The translations under genes were made by a program, and so were the position numbers. The notes under the pieces are model-generated. The model saw only the letters and a list, made by a program, of their open reading frames with translations, was not told the DNA's origin and searched no databases. DNA of 64,000 bases from the NCBI GenBank assembly GCA_965284655.1, contig OZ260104.1:2283395-2347394 (forward strand). The letters run 5' to 3'. The stretch is from Oceanicaulis sp. GTDB taxonomy: Bacteria; Pseudomonadota; Alphaproteobacteria; Caulobacterales; Maricaulaceae. The first letter of the stretch is position 1. The number at the start of each line of letters is the position of its first letter. Positions 56,594 through 64,000 of the stretch are shown here, piece by piece.

Positions 56594-57969
56594 TCCGCGG
56601 CCGGATTCGCCGCTACGCTGCGCACCGCCTCCCGTTCCACAATGTCGCGCTCGCCCCAAGCCCCGCCGGTGACGTCGCCGTCAGCAAAGGTCCACGGGAT
56701 CTCCCCGCCCAGGCGCAGCGCCGCGCGCAAGCCCGCGCGCAGTCCGTCTTCATGGAAGCCGTATCCAAGCCAAGCGCCGGCGAACCAGGTGCGCCGCACG
56801 CCCTGGACCCGGTTGAAGATGCGCTGCGCGGCCATGCCGGGCGCCGTGAATTGCGGGTGGTCGTACTGGAACCGGCCGAAGGTGAGGTCGGGATCGGGCT
56901 GGCGAACCGGATTGAGCGTTACGAAAAGCGGTTTGTCTGAAGGGATATGCTGCAGGCGGTTCATGTCATAGGTGACCGCAGCGTCGGGCGATCCAGCCTC
57001 ACGCAGATAGCACCAGGCCGCCTGCGCACGGGTCCGGCGCGGGCAGAGCGTGGGATCGCGGTGCAGCACCGCCTCATTGGGCGCGTAGGGGATCGCGGCG
57101 AGCATGTCGCGCTCGTCCGGATCGGCGTCCTGCAGGATTTTCAGCGCCTGGTCGGAGTGGCAGGCCAGGATCACCTCGTCAAAATGATGGATGTCTCCGG
57201 CCGCGTCGGTGATGATTACGCCGCCGTCCACACGGCGCACGGCCGTCGCGCCGCCTTCAAACCGGGCCCCGGCCGCTTCCAGATCGGCCGTCATCTTGCG
57301 CACATAGCTACGGCTGCCACCCTTCACGGTGCCCCATTTGGGGCGTTGGGCGTGCATCAGGCGATGATTGTTGAAGAACCGCACGAAAGCCTCGGCCGGG
57401 TAGGCCTGCATTTCTTCCTCGGTCGAGGACCAGATCGCCGCTCCCATGGGCAGAAGATAATTGTGCCGGAAGCGCGGCCCGAGCTTCAGCCGGTCGAGAT
57501 ATTGGCCCAGGTCCAGGCCCGAGAGGCCGCCGGAGCTCAAATCCGCCTGGGCGCGTGCATTAAAGCGGAGGATGTCGCGCAGCATCTTCAGAAAGTCCGG
57601 CCGCACGAGATTGCCCGGGTCGGAGAACAGGCCGCCGAGCCCGTTGGACGACCATTCCAGCTGGCCGTCCAGCGAGAAGCCGAAACTCATGTCGCTTTCA
57701 TAGGTCGCGACGTCCAGATGCTCGAACAGGGCCGTTAGATTGGGATAGTTCAGCGTGTTGAACACGATGAAGCCGGTGTCCACGTCGATGGTCTCGCCAT
57801 CATAGTCGACGCTGACAGTGTTGGCGTGTCCGCCCAGCCGGTCACGTTTTTCAAACACAGTCACGTCATGCTTGGTGCGAAGCGCCCAGGCGGCGCCGAG
57901 CCCGGCCACCCCGGCGCCGATGACGGCGATGCGGGAGCGCTTGGAAAGAATGGGCTCGGTGGTGCTCAT
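56590..57969 (-). CDS. NAD(P)/FAD-dependent oxidoreductase (amine-oxidase / desaturase-like)
   Basis: Dinucleotide fold IAVIGAGVAGLGAAWAL. 459 aa. ATGA overlap with phrB. Confidence 0.8.
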   Translation of the reverse strand: MSTTEPILSKRSRIAVIGAGVAGLGAAWALRTKHDVTVFEKRDRLGGHANTVSVDYDGETIDVDTGFIVFNTLNYPNLTALFEHLDVATYESDMSFGFSLDGQLEWSSNGLGGLFSDPGNLVRPDFLKMLRDILRFNARAQADLSSGGLSGLDLGQYLDRLKLGPRFRHNYLLPMGAAIWSSTEEEMQAYPAEAFVRFFNNHRLMHAQRPKWGTVKGGSRSYVRKMTADLEAAGARFEGGATAVRRVDGGVIITDAAGDIHHFDEVILACHSDQALKILQDADPDERDMLAAIPYAPNEAVLHRDPTLCPRRTRAQAAWCYLREAGSPDAAVTYDMNRLQHIPSDKPLFVTLNPVRQPDPDLTFGRFQYDHPQFTAPGMAAQRIFNRVQGVRRTWFAGAWLGYGFHEDGLRAGLRAALRLGGEIPWTFADGDVTGGAWGERDIVEREAVRSVAANPAAE

Positions 57970-59408
57970 GCGGCGTCCTTGATCTTTTCAAATGCGGCGA
58001 GCGCGGCTTTTCGCGCCTCGCCATGGTCGACGATGGGTTCGGGATAGTCCTGACCCAGGACCACCCCGGCTTTTGCAAGCGTGTCACGATCCGCCGTCCA
58101 CGGAGCGTGGATGAATCGCTTCGGCAATTTAGCAAGCTCTGGAATCCAGGTACGCACGTAATCGCCCTGCGGATCGAATTTTTCACCCTGGCTGACAGGG
58201 TTGAAGATTCGAAAGTACGGCGCCGCGTCCGCGCCAGAGCCGGCGGTCCACTGCCAGCCGGCCGCGTTGCTGGCCAGATCGGCGTCCACCAGCGTATCCC
58301 AGAACCAGTCTTCGCCGCGGCGCCAGTGCACCATCAGATCCTTGATAAGGAAGCTGGCCGTGATCATCCGCACCCGGTTGTGCATCCAGCCGATCGCGTA
58401 GAGCTGACGCATTCCTGCGTCCACGATCGGGTAGCCGGTAAGGCCTCTGGTCCACGCTGTGTAGGCCTCGTCCGAGCCGGTCCATTCAAACTTGTCGAAC
58501 TTCGCCTGGAAGTTTTTCTCGGGGAAGTGCGGGAAGTGATACAGCAGATTATAGCTGAATTCCCGCCAGCCGATCTCGGAAAGGAAGCTGTCCGCGCCTT
58601 TCGTGGCGCTGTTTTCGGCGTCCTTCACCGCATGCCAGACCTGGCGCGGAGAAATCTCGCCATGGTGCAGATGGGCGGATAATCCCGACGTGCCTTTTGT
58701 GGAGGGAATGTCGCGGGCCTGGTCATAGCCGTCCATACGCGACTTGATGAAGGCGCCGAGCCGCCCCTGAGCTGCGGATTCCCCCGGCGTCCACGTGTCG
58801 CGCAGGCCGCCGGCCCAGTCGGGCTTGCTTGGGAGCAGGTTCCAGTCCTCAAGCGTGTCCGAGCCCGGCGGATCAGCGAACGCCATGGAGTCGGGCCGGC
58901 CGGCCGGCGCGTTGGGCGCATGATCGGCTTTCAGAGACCGCCAGAACGGGGTGAAGACCTTGTAAGGGTTGCCTTGCTTGGTCGCGATGTCCCATGGCTC
59001 CACGATCAGCGAGCCATTGAAGGACCGCGCTGTGACGCCCTTGTCCTTCAGCCCGGACTTGATCGCCTCATCACGCTTGATCGACGAGGGTTCGTAGAGG
59101 CGGTTCCAGAAAACCGCGCCTGCGCCGGTCTCCCCGACAAGGGCGTTGATCTCGCGCCCGGCGTCGCCGCGGCGCAGGACCAGCGTGCCGCCAATGGCGT
59201 CCAGATCCTGCGCCAGGCTTTTCAGCGAGTGATGCAGCCACCATTTTGACGCGCCGCCTGGCGCCCAGTCGCCGGCGGTCTGCTCATCCAGAATATAGAC
59301 GCACACAAGCTTAGAGCCGCCGCTGGCCGCGGCGAGCAGAGCTGGGTTGTCGGAGAGCCGCAAATCCTTGCGGAACCAGACCAGGACGGGTGTATCGTCA
59401 GACGTCAT
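57966..59408 (-). CDS. phrB: class I CPD deoxyribodipyrimidine photolyase
   Basis: ATG at 59408. VLVWFRKDLRLSDNPAL and the C-terminal DADLASNAAGWQWTAGSGADAAPYFRIFNP signature. Confidence 0.9.
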   Translation of the reverse strand: MTSDDTPVLVWFRKDLRLSDNPALLAAASGGSKLVCVYILDEQTAGDWAPGGASKWWLHHSLKSLAQDLDAIGGTLVLRRGDAGREINALVGETGAGAVFWNRLYEPSSIKRDEAIKSGLKDKGVTARSFNGSLIVEPWDIATKQGNPYKVFTPFWRSLKADHAPNAPAGRPDSMAFADPPGSDTLEDWNLLPSKPDWAGGLRDTWTPGESAAQGRLGAFIKSRMDGYDQARDIPSTKGTSGLSAHLHHGEISPRQVWHAVKDAENSATKGADSFLSEIGWREFSYNLLYHFPHFPEKNFQAKFDKFEWTGSDEAYTAWTRGLTGYPIVDAGMRQLYAIGWMHNRVRMITASFLIKDLMVHWRRGEDWFWDTLVDADLASNAAGWQWTAGSGADAAPYFRIFNPVSQGEKFDPQGDYVRTWIPELAKLPKRFIHAPWTADRDTLAKAGVVLGQDYPEPIVDHGEARKAALAAFEKIKDAA

Positions 59409-59467
59409 GAAACCTTGCAAACGATGCGCTGCCGCGAAGGGTGACGCAAGGACGTGTTTCGTCGTAA

Positions 59468-59493
59468 TACGTTGTCGGTAAACGGGCGGATCA
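59468..59493 (-). promoter_or_regulatory. ECF sigmaE(ChrR)-type promoter motif TGATCC-N16-CGTA
   Basis: On the minus strand: TGATCC (59493..59488), a 16-nt spacer, CGTA (59471..59468), about 60 nt upstream of the phrB ATG. Confidence 0.55.
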
Positions 59494-59551
59494 CGGCGCG
59501 GCGAAGCCGTTGCAGCAAATCATCCCCCTTACGCCGAGCGGAGCGTGTCCC

Positions 59552-60412
59552 ATGCAGCCCAATTCCATTGTCAGCGTCCCGCATCCAGGTGGCGAACCCT
59601 ATCAGATCGGCAACGAAAAGCCGCTGACCGTGATCGCCGGCCCCTGTCAGATGGAAAGCCGCGAGCACGGGCTTGAAGTCTCCGCCATGCTGAAGGAGAT
59701 CAGCGAGCGAACCGGCGTCAATATCATCTACAAGACCAGCTTCGACAAAGCCAACCGCACCAGCGCGTCGGGCCAGCGCGGCATGGGTCTTGAGGCCGCG
59801 CTGCCGGTGTTCGCCGAAATCCGCGAGACCACGGGCATGCCGGTGCTCACCGACATACACACCGCCGAGCAGTGCGCCATGGCCGCCGAGGCGGTGGACG
59901 TCTTGCAAATTCCGGCCTTCCTGTGCCGCCAGACCGATCTTCTTGTCGCCGCAGCCGAAACCGGCAAGGCGATCAATGTGAAGAAGGGTCAGTTTCTGGC
60001 GCCCTGGGACATGAAGAACGTCATCGCCAAGCTCACCGGCGCGGGCAATCCCAATGTATTCGCCTGCGAGCGCGGGGTGAGCTTCGGCTACAACACGCTG
60101 GTGGTGGACATGCGCTCCATCCCCATCATGAAAGAGATCGGCTGCCCGATCGTCATGGACGCGACCCACTCGGTGCAACAGCCCGGCGGGCAGGGCGCGA
60201 GTTCGGGCGGACAGCGACAGTATGCGCCGCATCTGGCGCGCGCGGCGGTGTCGCTGGGCATTGCAGCCGTGTTCATGGAAACCCACCCCGATCCGGACAA
60301 CGCCCCCAGCGACGGCCCCAACATGATCCCGCTGAACCGCTTTGAAGAGGTCCTGCGCGACCTGCAGGCGTTCGACGCGCTGGCCAAGGCCAGCCCGATC
60401 GTCAAGCTTTAA
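59552..60412 (+). CDS. kdsA: 3-deoxy-8-phosphooctulonate (KDO8P) synthase
   Basis: ATG at 59552. LTVIAGPCQMES and KTSFDKANRTS motifs. Confidence 0.9.
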   Translation: MQPNSIVSVPHPGGEPYQIGNEKPLTVIAGPCQMESREHGLEVSAMLKEISERTGVNIIYKTSFDKANRTSASGQRGMGLEAALPVFAEIRETTGMPVLTDIHTAEQCAMAAEAVDVLQIPAFLCRQTDLLVAAAETGKAINVKKGQFLAPWDMKNVIAKLTGAGNPNVFACERGVSFGYNTLVVDMRSIPIMKEIGCPIVMDATHSVQQPGGQGASSGGQRQYAPHLARAAVSLGIAAVFMETHPDPDNAPSDGPNMIPLNRFEEVLRDLQAFDALAKASPIVKL

Positions 60413-60425
60413 GGCGGGGCGGGCG

Positions 60426-61886
60426 ATGAAGCGCGAGCAGGCCGCCCGGCTTCTGGCCCAGCTGGCGGGCAAGCGCGCCCTGGTGCTGGGCGATCTTCTT
60501 CTGGACAGCTTTGTCTATGGCGAGGTACGCCGCATCTCCCGCGAGGCGCCGGCCCCGATTCTGTCCCAGATGCGGCGCACCGACATGCTGGGCGGGGCGG
60601 GCAATCTGGCGCGAAATATCGAAAGCCTGGGCGGCGCGGCCGTGCTGATCAGCGCCGTGGGTGACGACGCTGAAGCCGCGCGCGCATCGCAACTGGCTGC
60701 AGAGGCCTGCGGCGACCGCGTCCGCCTCATCGAAGCGCCGGGCCGCCTCACCCCCACCAAGATCCGCTATGTATCGCAGAACCAGCAGATGTTTTGCGTC
60801 GACCGCGATCCGGAGGCGCCCGCGACCCAAGAGGTCGAGAACGCGCTGATCGCTGCTGTTCGCGAGGAGATCGCGTCAGCGGACGTGCTCATCCTGTCAG
60901 ATTACGGCCGGGGCGTGATCACGCCGCGCACCGCCCAGGCGGCGATCGCCCTGGCGCGCGACGCCGGCGTACCGGTGAGCGTCGATCCGCGCGGAACCGA
61001 CTACGCCCGCTATGACGGCGCCAGCGTGATCAAGCCCAACGCCGACGAGCTTGCCGCCGTCACGGGTCTTCCCGTGCGCAGCGATGCTGACGCGATCGGC
61101 GCCCTTGGCGCGCTCAAAGACACTCTGCCCGGTACAGCGACGCTGCTGGTCACGCGCGGCGCGGCCGGAATGACCCTGCTGGACGCCGACGGCGGCGCTC
61201 ACCATCACCGCTCGACCCCGCGCGACGTTTATGACGTGTCCGGGGCGGGGGACACGGCGCTCGCCGCGCTGTCTCTCGCCATGGCGGCTCATGTAGCGAT
61301 GACCGACGCCATGGCGCTGGCCGATCTGTGCGCCGGTGTCGCGGTGACCAAGCCGGGCACGGCCGTGGTCAATCCGAATGAAGTCGTCGAAGCGAGCGCC
61401 ATCGGCGAGGACGCACCGGACTGGCGTGTCCTGAACCGCACGCGCGCCGCCGCGCTGGCGTTGCAATGGCGCGAGCAGGGCTTGCGGGTGGGGTTCACCA
61501 ACGGCTGCTTCGACATTTTGCACCCGGGACATCTGGCGGTGCTGCGGTTCGCCGCCTCGGCCTGCGACCGGCTGATCGTGGGTCTGAACGCCGATGACAG
61601 CGTGCGCCGGCTCAAGGGGCCTCAGCGCCCCGTGAATGATGAGCAGACGCGCGCAGTGATGCTCGCCTCTCTGGAAATGGTCGACCGCGTGGTGATCTTT
61701 GACGAGGACACGCCCGAAGCGCTGATCCGCGCGCTGAAGCCCCACGTCATGATCAAGGGCGCCGACTACAAGGCCGACGATCTGCCCGGCGCCGCCTTCA
61801 TGCGCCAAACCGGCGGCGAGGTGCTTCTGGCGCCGCTTCTGGAGGGGCGCTCCACCAGCCGCATCGTCGACCGGATGAAATCCTAG
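60426..61886 (+). CDS. hldE: bifunctional D-beta-D-heptose 7-phosphate kinase / heptose 1-phosphate adenylyltransferase
   Basis: ATG at 60426. Ribokinase-like N-terminal half and a cytidylyltransferase half with GCFDILHPGH. Confidence 0.9.
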   Translation: MKREQAARLLAQLAGKRALVLGDLLLDSFVYGEVRRISREAPAPILSQMRRTDMLGGAGNLARNIESLGGAAVLISAVGDDAEAARASQLAAEACGDRVRLIEAPGRLTPTKIRYVSQNQQMFCVDRDPEAPATQEVENALIAAVREEIASADVLILSDYGRGVITPRTAQAAIALARDAGVPVSVDPRGTDYARYDGASVIKPNADELAAVTGLPVRSDADAIGALGALKDTLPGTATLLVTRGAAGMTLLDADGGAHHHRSTPRDVYDVSGAGDTALAALSLAMAAHVAMTDAMALADLCAGVAVTKPGTAVVNPNEVVEASAIGEDAPDWRVLNRTRAAALALQWREQGLRVGFTNGCFDILHPGHLAVLRFAASACDRLIVGLNADDSVRRLKGPQRPVNDEQTRAVMLASLEMVDRVVIFDEDTPEALIRALKPHVMIKGADYKADDLPGAAFMRQTGGEVLLAPLLEGRSTSRIVDRMKS

Positions 61887-63097
61887 CCGTCGATCGGCTT
61901 GAACTCGCTTTCCCCGATCTCCACCGGCGCATCCAGAGGCGGCGCGAACCGCGCTTCCTCGGCGCGGATCTCCGTCAGGGTTTCCAGCCGGCGCGCCGCG
62001 TCCAGACGCAGATCCATGTAGAACAAATTGGAGAGGGGCGTGCGCCGGTCCTCTCCAAGGCGTCCCGTGCGCTGCAGCGCGCCGGCCCGGGGCTGCTCGA
62101 TCATCAACAGACCGTTCTGGCATTGCGCGCCGGTCTGATTGGCCATGGGCGAGGGCGCGTCGGAGAAGCTCAGGCCTTCGGCCGCCGCCCCGCCCCGGTG
62201 CAGGCGGGCGGGCGCAAAGTCCTCGCTGGTGTTCCAGAACAGCGGATTGACGCAGAGCAGCGCGCGCTCGCTGACGTAATCGAGCCCGCCGTCGCCGGTC
62301 CACGACATGGACCGGTCGGTGATGTTCTCGATGCGCTCACGTTCGCCCTGACGCACCGCGCTATAGCTCACCACGCAGCGCACATCGCCGGGTTCAGCGC
62401 ACGGCGCGAGGCCCGTCAGAGAACCAGTAAAGAGATCAAGAGGGACCGGAGCTTCCAGAAGATAGGCGGCGGCGAGACGCTTTGTCAGGCTCTCATCCGC
62501 CGCGACTTCATTGATCAGAAGCCCCAGGCCGTGCAACGCGCCCTGGCCGACCCCCGCGATGAGGATCGGGCGATCCTCTCCGATCTCGACCAGAAACGCT
62601 TCGAACGCGGCCTGGATGTCCTGATAGGCCAGGAGCCGGGCCTGGACGCTGTCCTCGCGATTGTTCATGAAGGCGTAGAGGCTCGCCTGGCGATAGCGCG
62701 GCGCGAACAGGGCGGCGTCCCCGGCCAAGAAGGGCGCGGCCCAGTTGGGCAGGACGAAGCGCTCCACTTCGACCATTTCCTGGGGCCGGTCGAATGCGGC
62801 GTTCCAGTGGGAGCCGCCGTCATAGGTGGTGGGGTGGATGAAGAACACCGCCGGCGTTCCGCCGTCGGCGTCCAGCATGAAGGTGTCGCGCACCGCCCAG
62901 GCTTCGGCCTCAGCGTAATCGGGCGCATCCGGGCGCTGATACGTCTGGAACGGAATCCCCGGATCCAGCAGGGTCTGGAAGATCTGGTCGCGCAGGACCA
63001 CCGCAGAGACGGCGAGAAAGGCGGTGAAGCCCACAAGCCCGGCAAGGGTCGCACGCCAGAAGAGGCTTTGGGGCAGAAGACGCTTGCGATCGCTCAT
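61883..63097 (-). CDS. DUF3089-family (alpha/beta-hydrolase-like) membrane-anchored protein
   Basis: N-terminal TM helix. FFIHPTTY...FAPRYRQASLYAF pattern recalled for DUF3089. Confidence 0.6.
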   Translation of the reverse strand: MSDRKRLLPQSLFWRATLAGLVGFTAFLAVSAVVLRDQIFQTLLDPGIPFQTYQRPDAPDYAEAEAWAVRDTFMLDADGGTPAVFFIHPTTYDGGSHWNAAFDRPQEMVEVERFVLPNWAAPFLAGDAALFAPRYRQASLYAFMNNREDSVQARLLAYQDIQAAFEAFLVEIGEDRPILIAGVGQGALHGLGLLINEVAADESLTKRLAAAYLLEAPVPLDLFTGSLTGLAPCAEPGDVRCVVSYSAVRQGERERIENITDRSMSWTGDGGLDYVSERALLCVNPLFWNTSEDFAPARLHRGGAAAEGLSFSDAPSPMANQTGAQCQNGLLMIEQPRAGALQRTGRLGEDRRTPLSNLFYMDLRLDAARRLETLTEIRAEEARFAPPLDAPVEIGESEFKPIDG

Positions 63098-63239
63098 GCC
63101 CTTATTTTAGGGCGCGCCAGGCAAGAGGAGCAAGGGCGAGGGGCGGTTCTGCACGCCTTGATTTCGCCGCAGCCGCGAAGCAGGACATAGTGTTCATCTT
63201 GCGTGCATCCCGCCGTCCTACTGGAGCGATTGAAAACCT

Positions 63240-63974
63240 GTGCTTCGCTGGCTTCGAAACCGTTTTTTCACCGGGGTGGTGGTCGCCGCGCCCATCGGCA
63301 TCACCATCTGGCTGATCTACACCTTCGTCAATTTTGTCGACCAGGTGATCAAGCCGCTGATCCCGGCCCGCTATAACCCTGAAAGTTATCTGCCGTTTGC
63401 GATTCCCGGCATGGGTCTGCTGATCGCGATCCTGGCCCTGACGCTGCTGGGGGCGCTGGCGGCGAATATTTTCGGACGCTCGCTGCTGGATATCGGCGAG
63501 CGGATCGTGAACTCCGTGCCGTTGATTCGAAACATCTATTCGGCGCTCAAGCAGATCGTGGAGACGGTGTTCCAGGGCCAGCAGAACTCCTTCAAAGAGG
63601 TGGTGCTGGTGGAGTATCCCATGGCCGGCAGCTATGCGGTCGCCTTCGTGTCCAGCCATGGGCGCGGCGTGATCAAATCGGTCGTGGGAAAGGGCGAAGA
63701 TGTCCTGGGCGTGTTCATCCCCACCACGCCGAACCCGACCTCGGGATTCCTGCTGTTCGTGCCACGGTCCAAAGCCATCGCGCTCGACCTCACCGTGGAG
63801 GAGGCGGCCAAGCTGATCATCTCCTTCGGCATGGTGACGCCGGACCGCCTGCCCGAAGGCGCGATCCCCGCCGCCGCCCCGTTCAAGGCCGGCGCCGGAC
63901 TCATGCCGGACGATCCGCAGTCGAAGGCGGACACGAAGTCCGGTGAGGAAAGTGACACGGAAAAGCGCGGCTAG
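63240..63974 (+). CDS. DUF502-family membrane protein
   Basis: GTG start. The N-terminal RFFTGVVVAAPIGITIWLIYTFVNFVD, the two-TM layout and the PTTPNPTSGF motif are typical of DUF502. Confidence 0.75.
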   Translation: MLRWLRNRFFTGVVVAAPIGITIWLIYTFVNFVDQVIKPLIPARYNPESYLPFAIPGMGLLIAILALTLLGALAANIFGRSLLDIGERIVNSVPLIRNIYSALKQIVETVFQGQQNSFKEVVLVEYPMAGSYAVAFVSSHGRGVIKSVVGKGEDVLGVFIPTTPNPTSGFLLFVPRSKAIALDLTVEEAAKLIISFGMVTPDRLPEGAIPAAAPFKAGAGLMPDDPQSKADTKSGEESDTEKRG

Positions 63975-64000
63975 GGCTTTGGGTCCCGGCTTTGCGACTC

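Noticed and set aside
59405-62303. Minus-strand ORFs 59405..60472 (355 aa) and 60897..62303 (468 aa)
   Set aside because: They are antisense to kdsA and hldE, which carry canonical motifs.
1-64000. CRISPR arrays, rRNA genes, prophage, restriction-modification or toxin-antitoxin genes
   Set aside because: I scanned both strands and the ORF list. There are no regularly spaced direct repeats, no rRNA-like segments, and no nuclease, methylase, helicase or small paired toxin/antitoxin ORFs.

Overview
High-GC (about 65%) chromosomal segment, most likely from a marine alphaproteobacterium (Caulobacterales/Maricaulales-like; inference only). It is densely coded and has one tRNA, no rRNA and no CRISPR array.

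Left to right:
- mltF fragment.
- abgT transporter plus a membrane-anchored alpha/beta hydrolase.
- TauD/TfdA dioxygenase.
- Module A (6.9-19.6 kb): TetR, TonB-dependent receptor, Spinster-like MFS, type-B carboxylesterase and acyl-CoA ligase, followed by an MHS transporter, a Tat-exported protein and a second carboxylesterase.
- Accessory patch (19.7-26.6 kb): an intact IS6-family element and scrambled IS6 remnants, all in the same orientation, bracket a tight 5-gene operon. The operon encodes only membrane or exported proteins, including a protein with four tandem repeats plus a VWA/MIDAS domain. The patch abuts the 3' end of tRNA-Ser(GCU).
- apbC and a rhodanese gene.
- Module B (28.2-36.6 kb): a paralogous second copy of the TetR/TBDR/MFS/acyl-CoA-ligase module, with two alpha/beta hydrolases.
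- A DJ-1-like gene.
- The NAGGN osmoprotectant cluster (asnO-ngg-M42 peptidase).
- A contiguous yerC-hisG-D-B-H-A-F-IE operon. Its hisB carries a non-canonical N-terminal domain.
- cysK.
- Two convergent photo-oxidative-stress operons, each preceded by an identical TGATCC-N16-CGTA (ChrR/sigmaE-type) promoter motif. One is chrR-like, SDR, DUF, FeS-type (6-4) photolyase, SDR. The other is phrB, FAD oxidoreductase, DUF1365, CFA-synthase-like.
- kdsA, hldE, DUF3089 and DUF502.

The most interesting items are the IS6-bracketed exported-protein operon, the duplicated uptake/activation modules, the sigmaE-type regulon lacking a sigma gene, and the hisB fusion. All family calls rest on motif recognition by eye; no searches were run.
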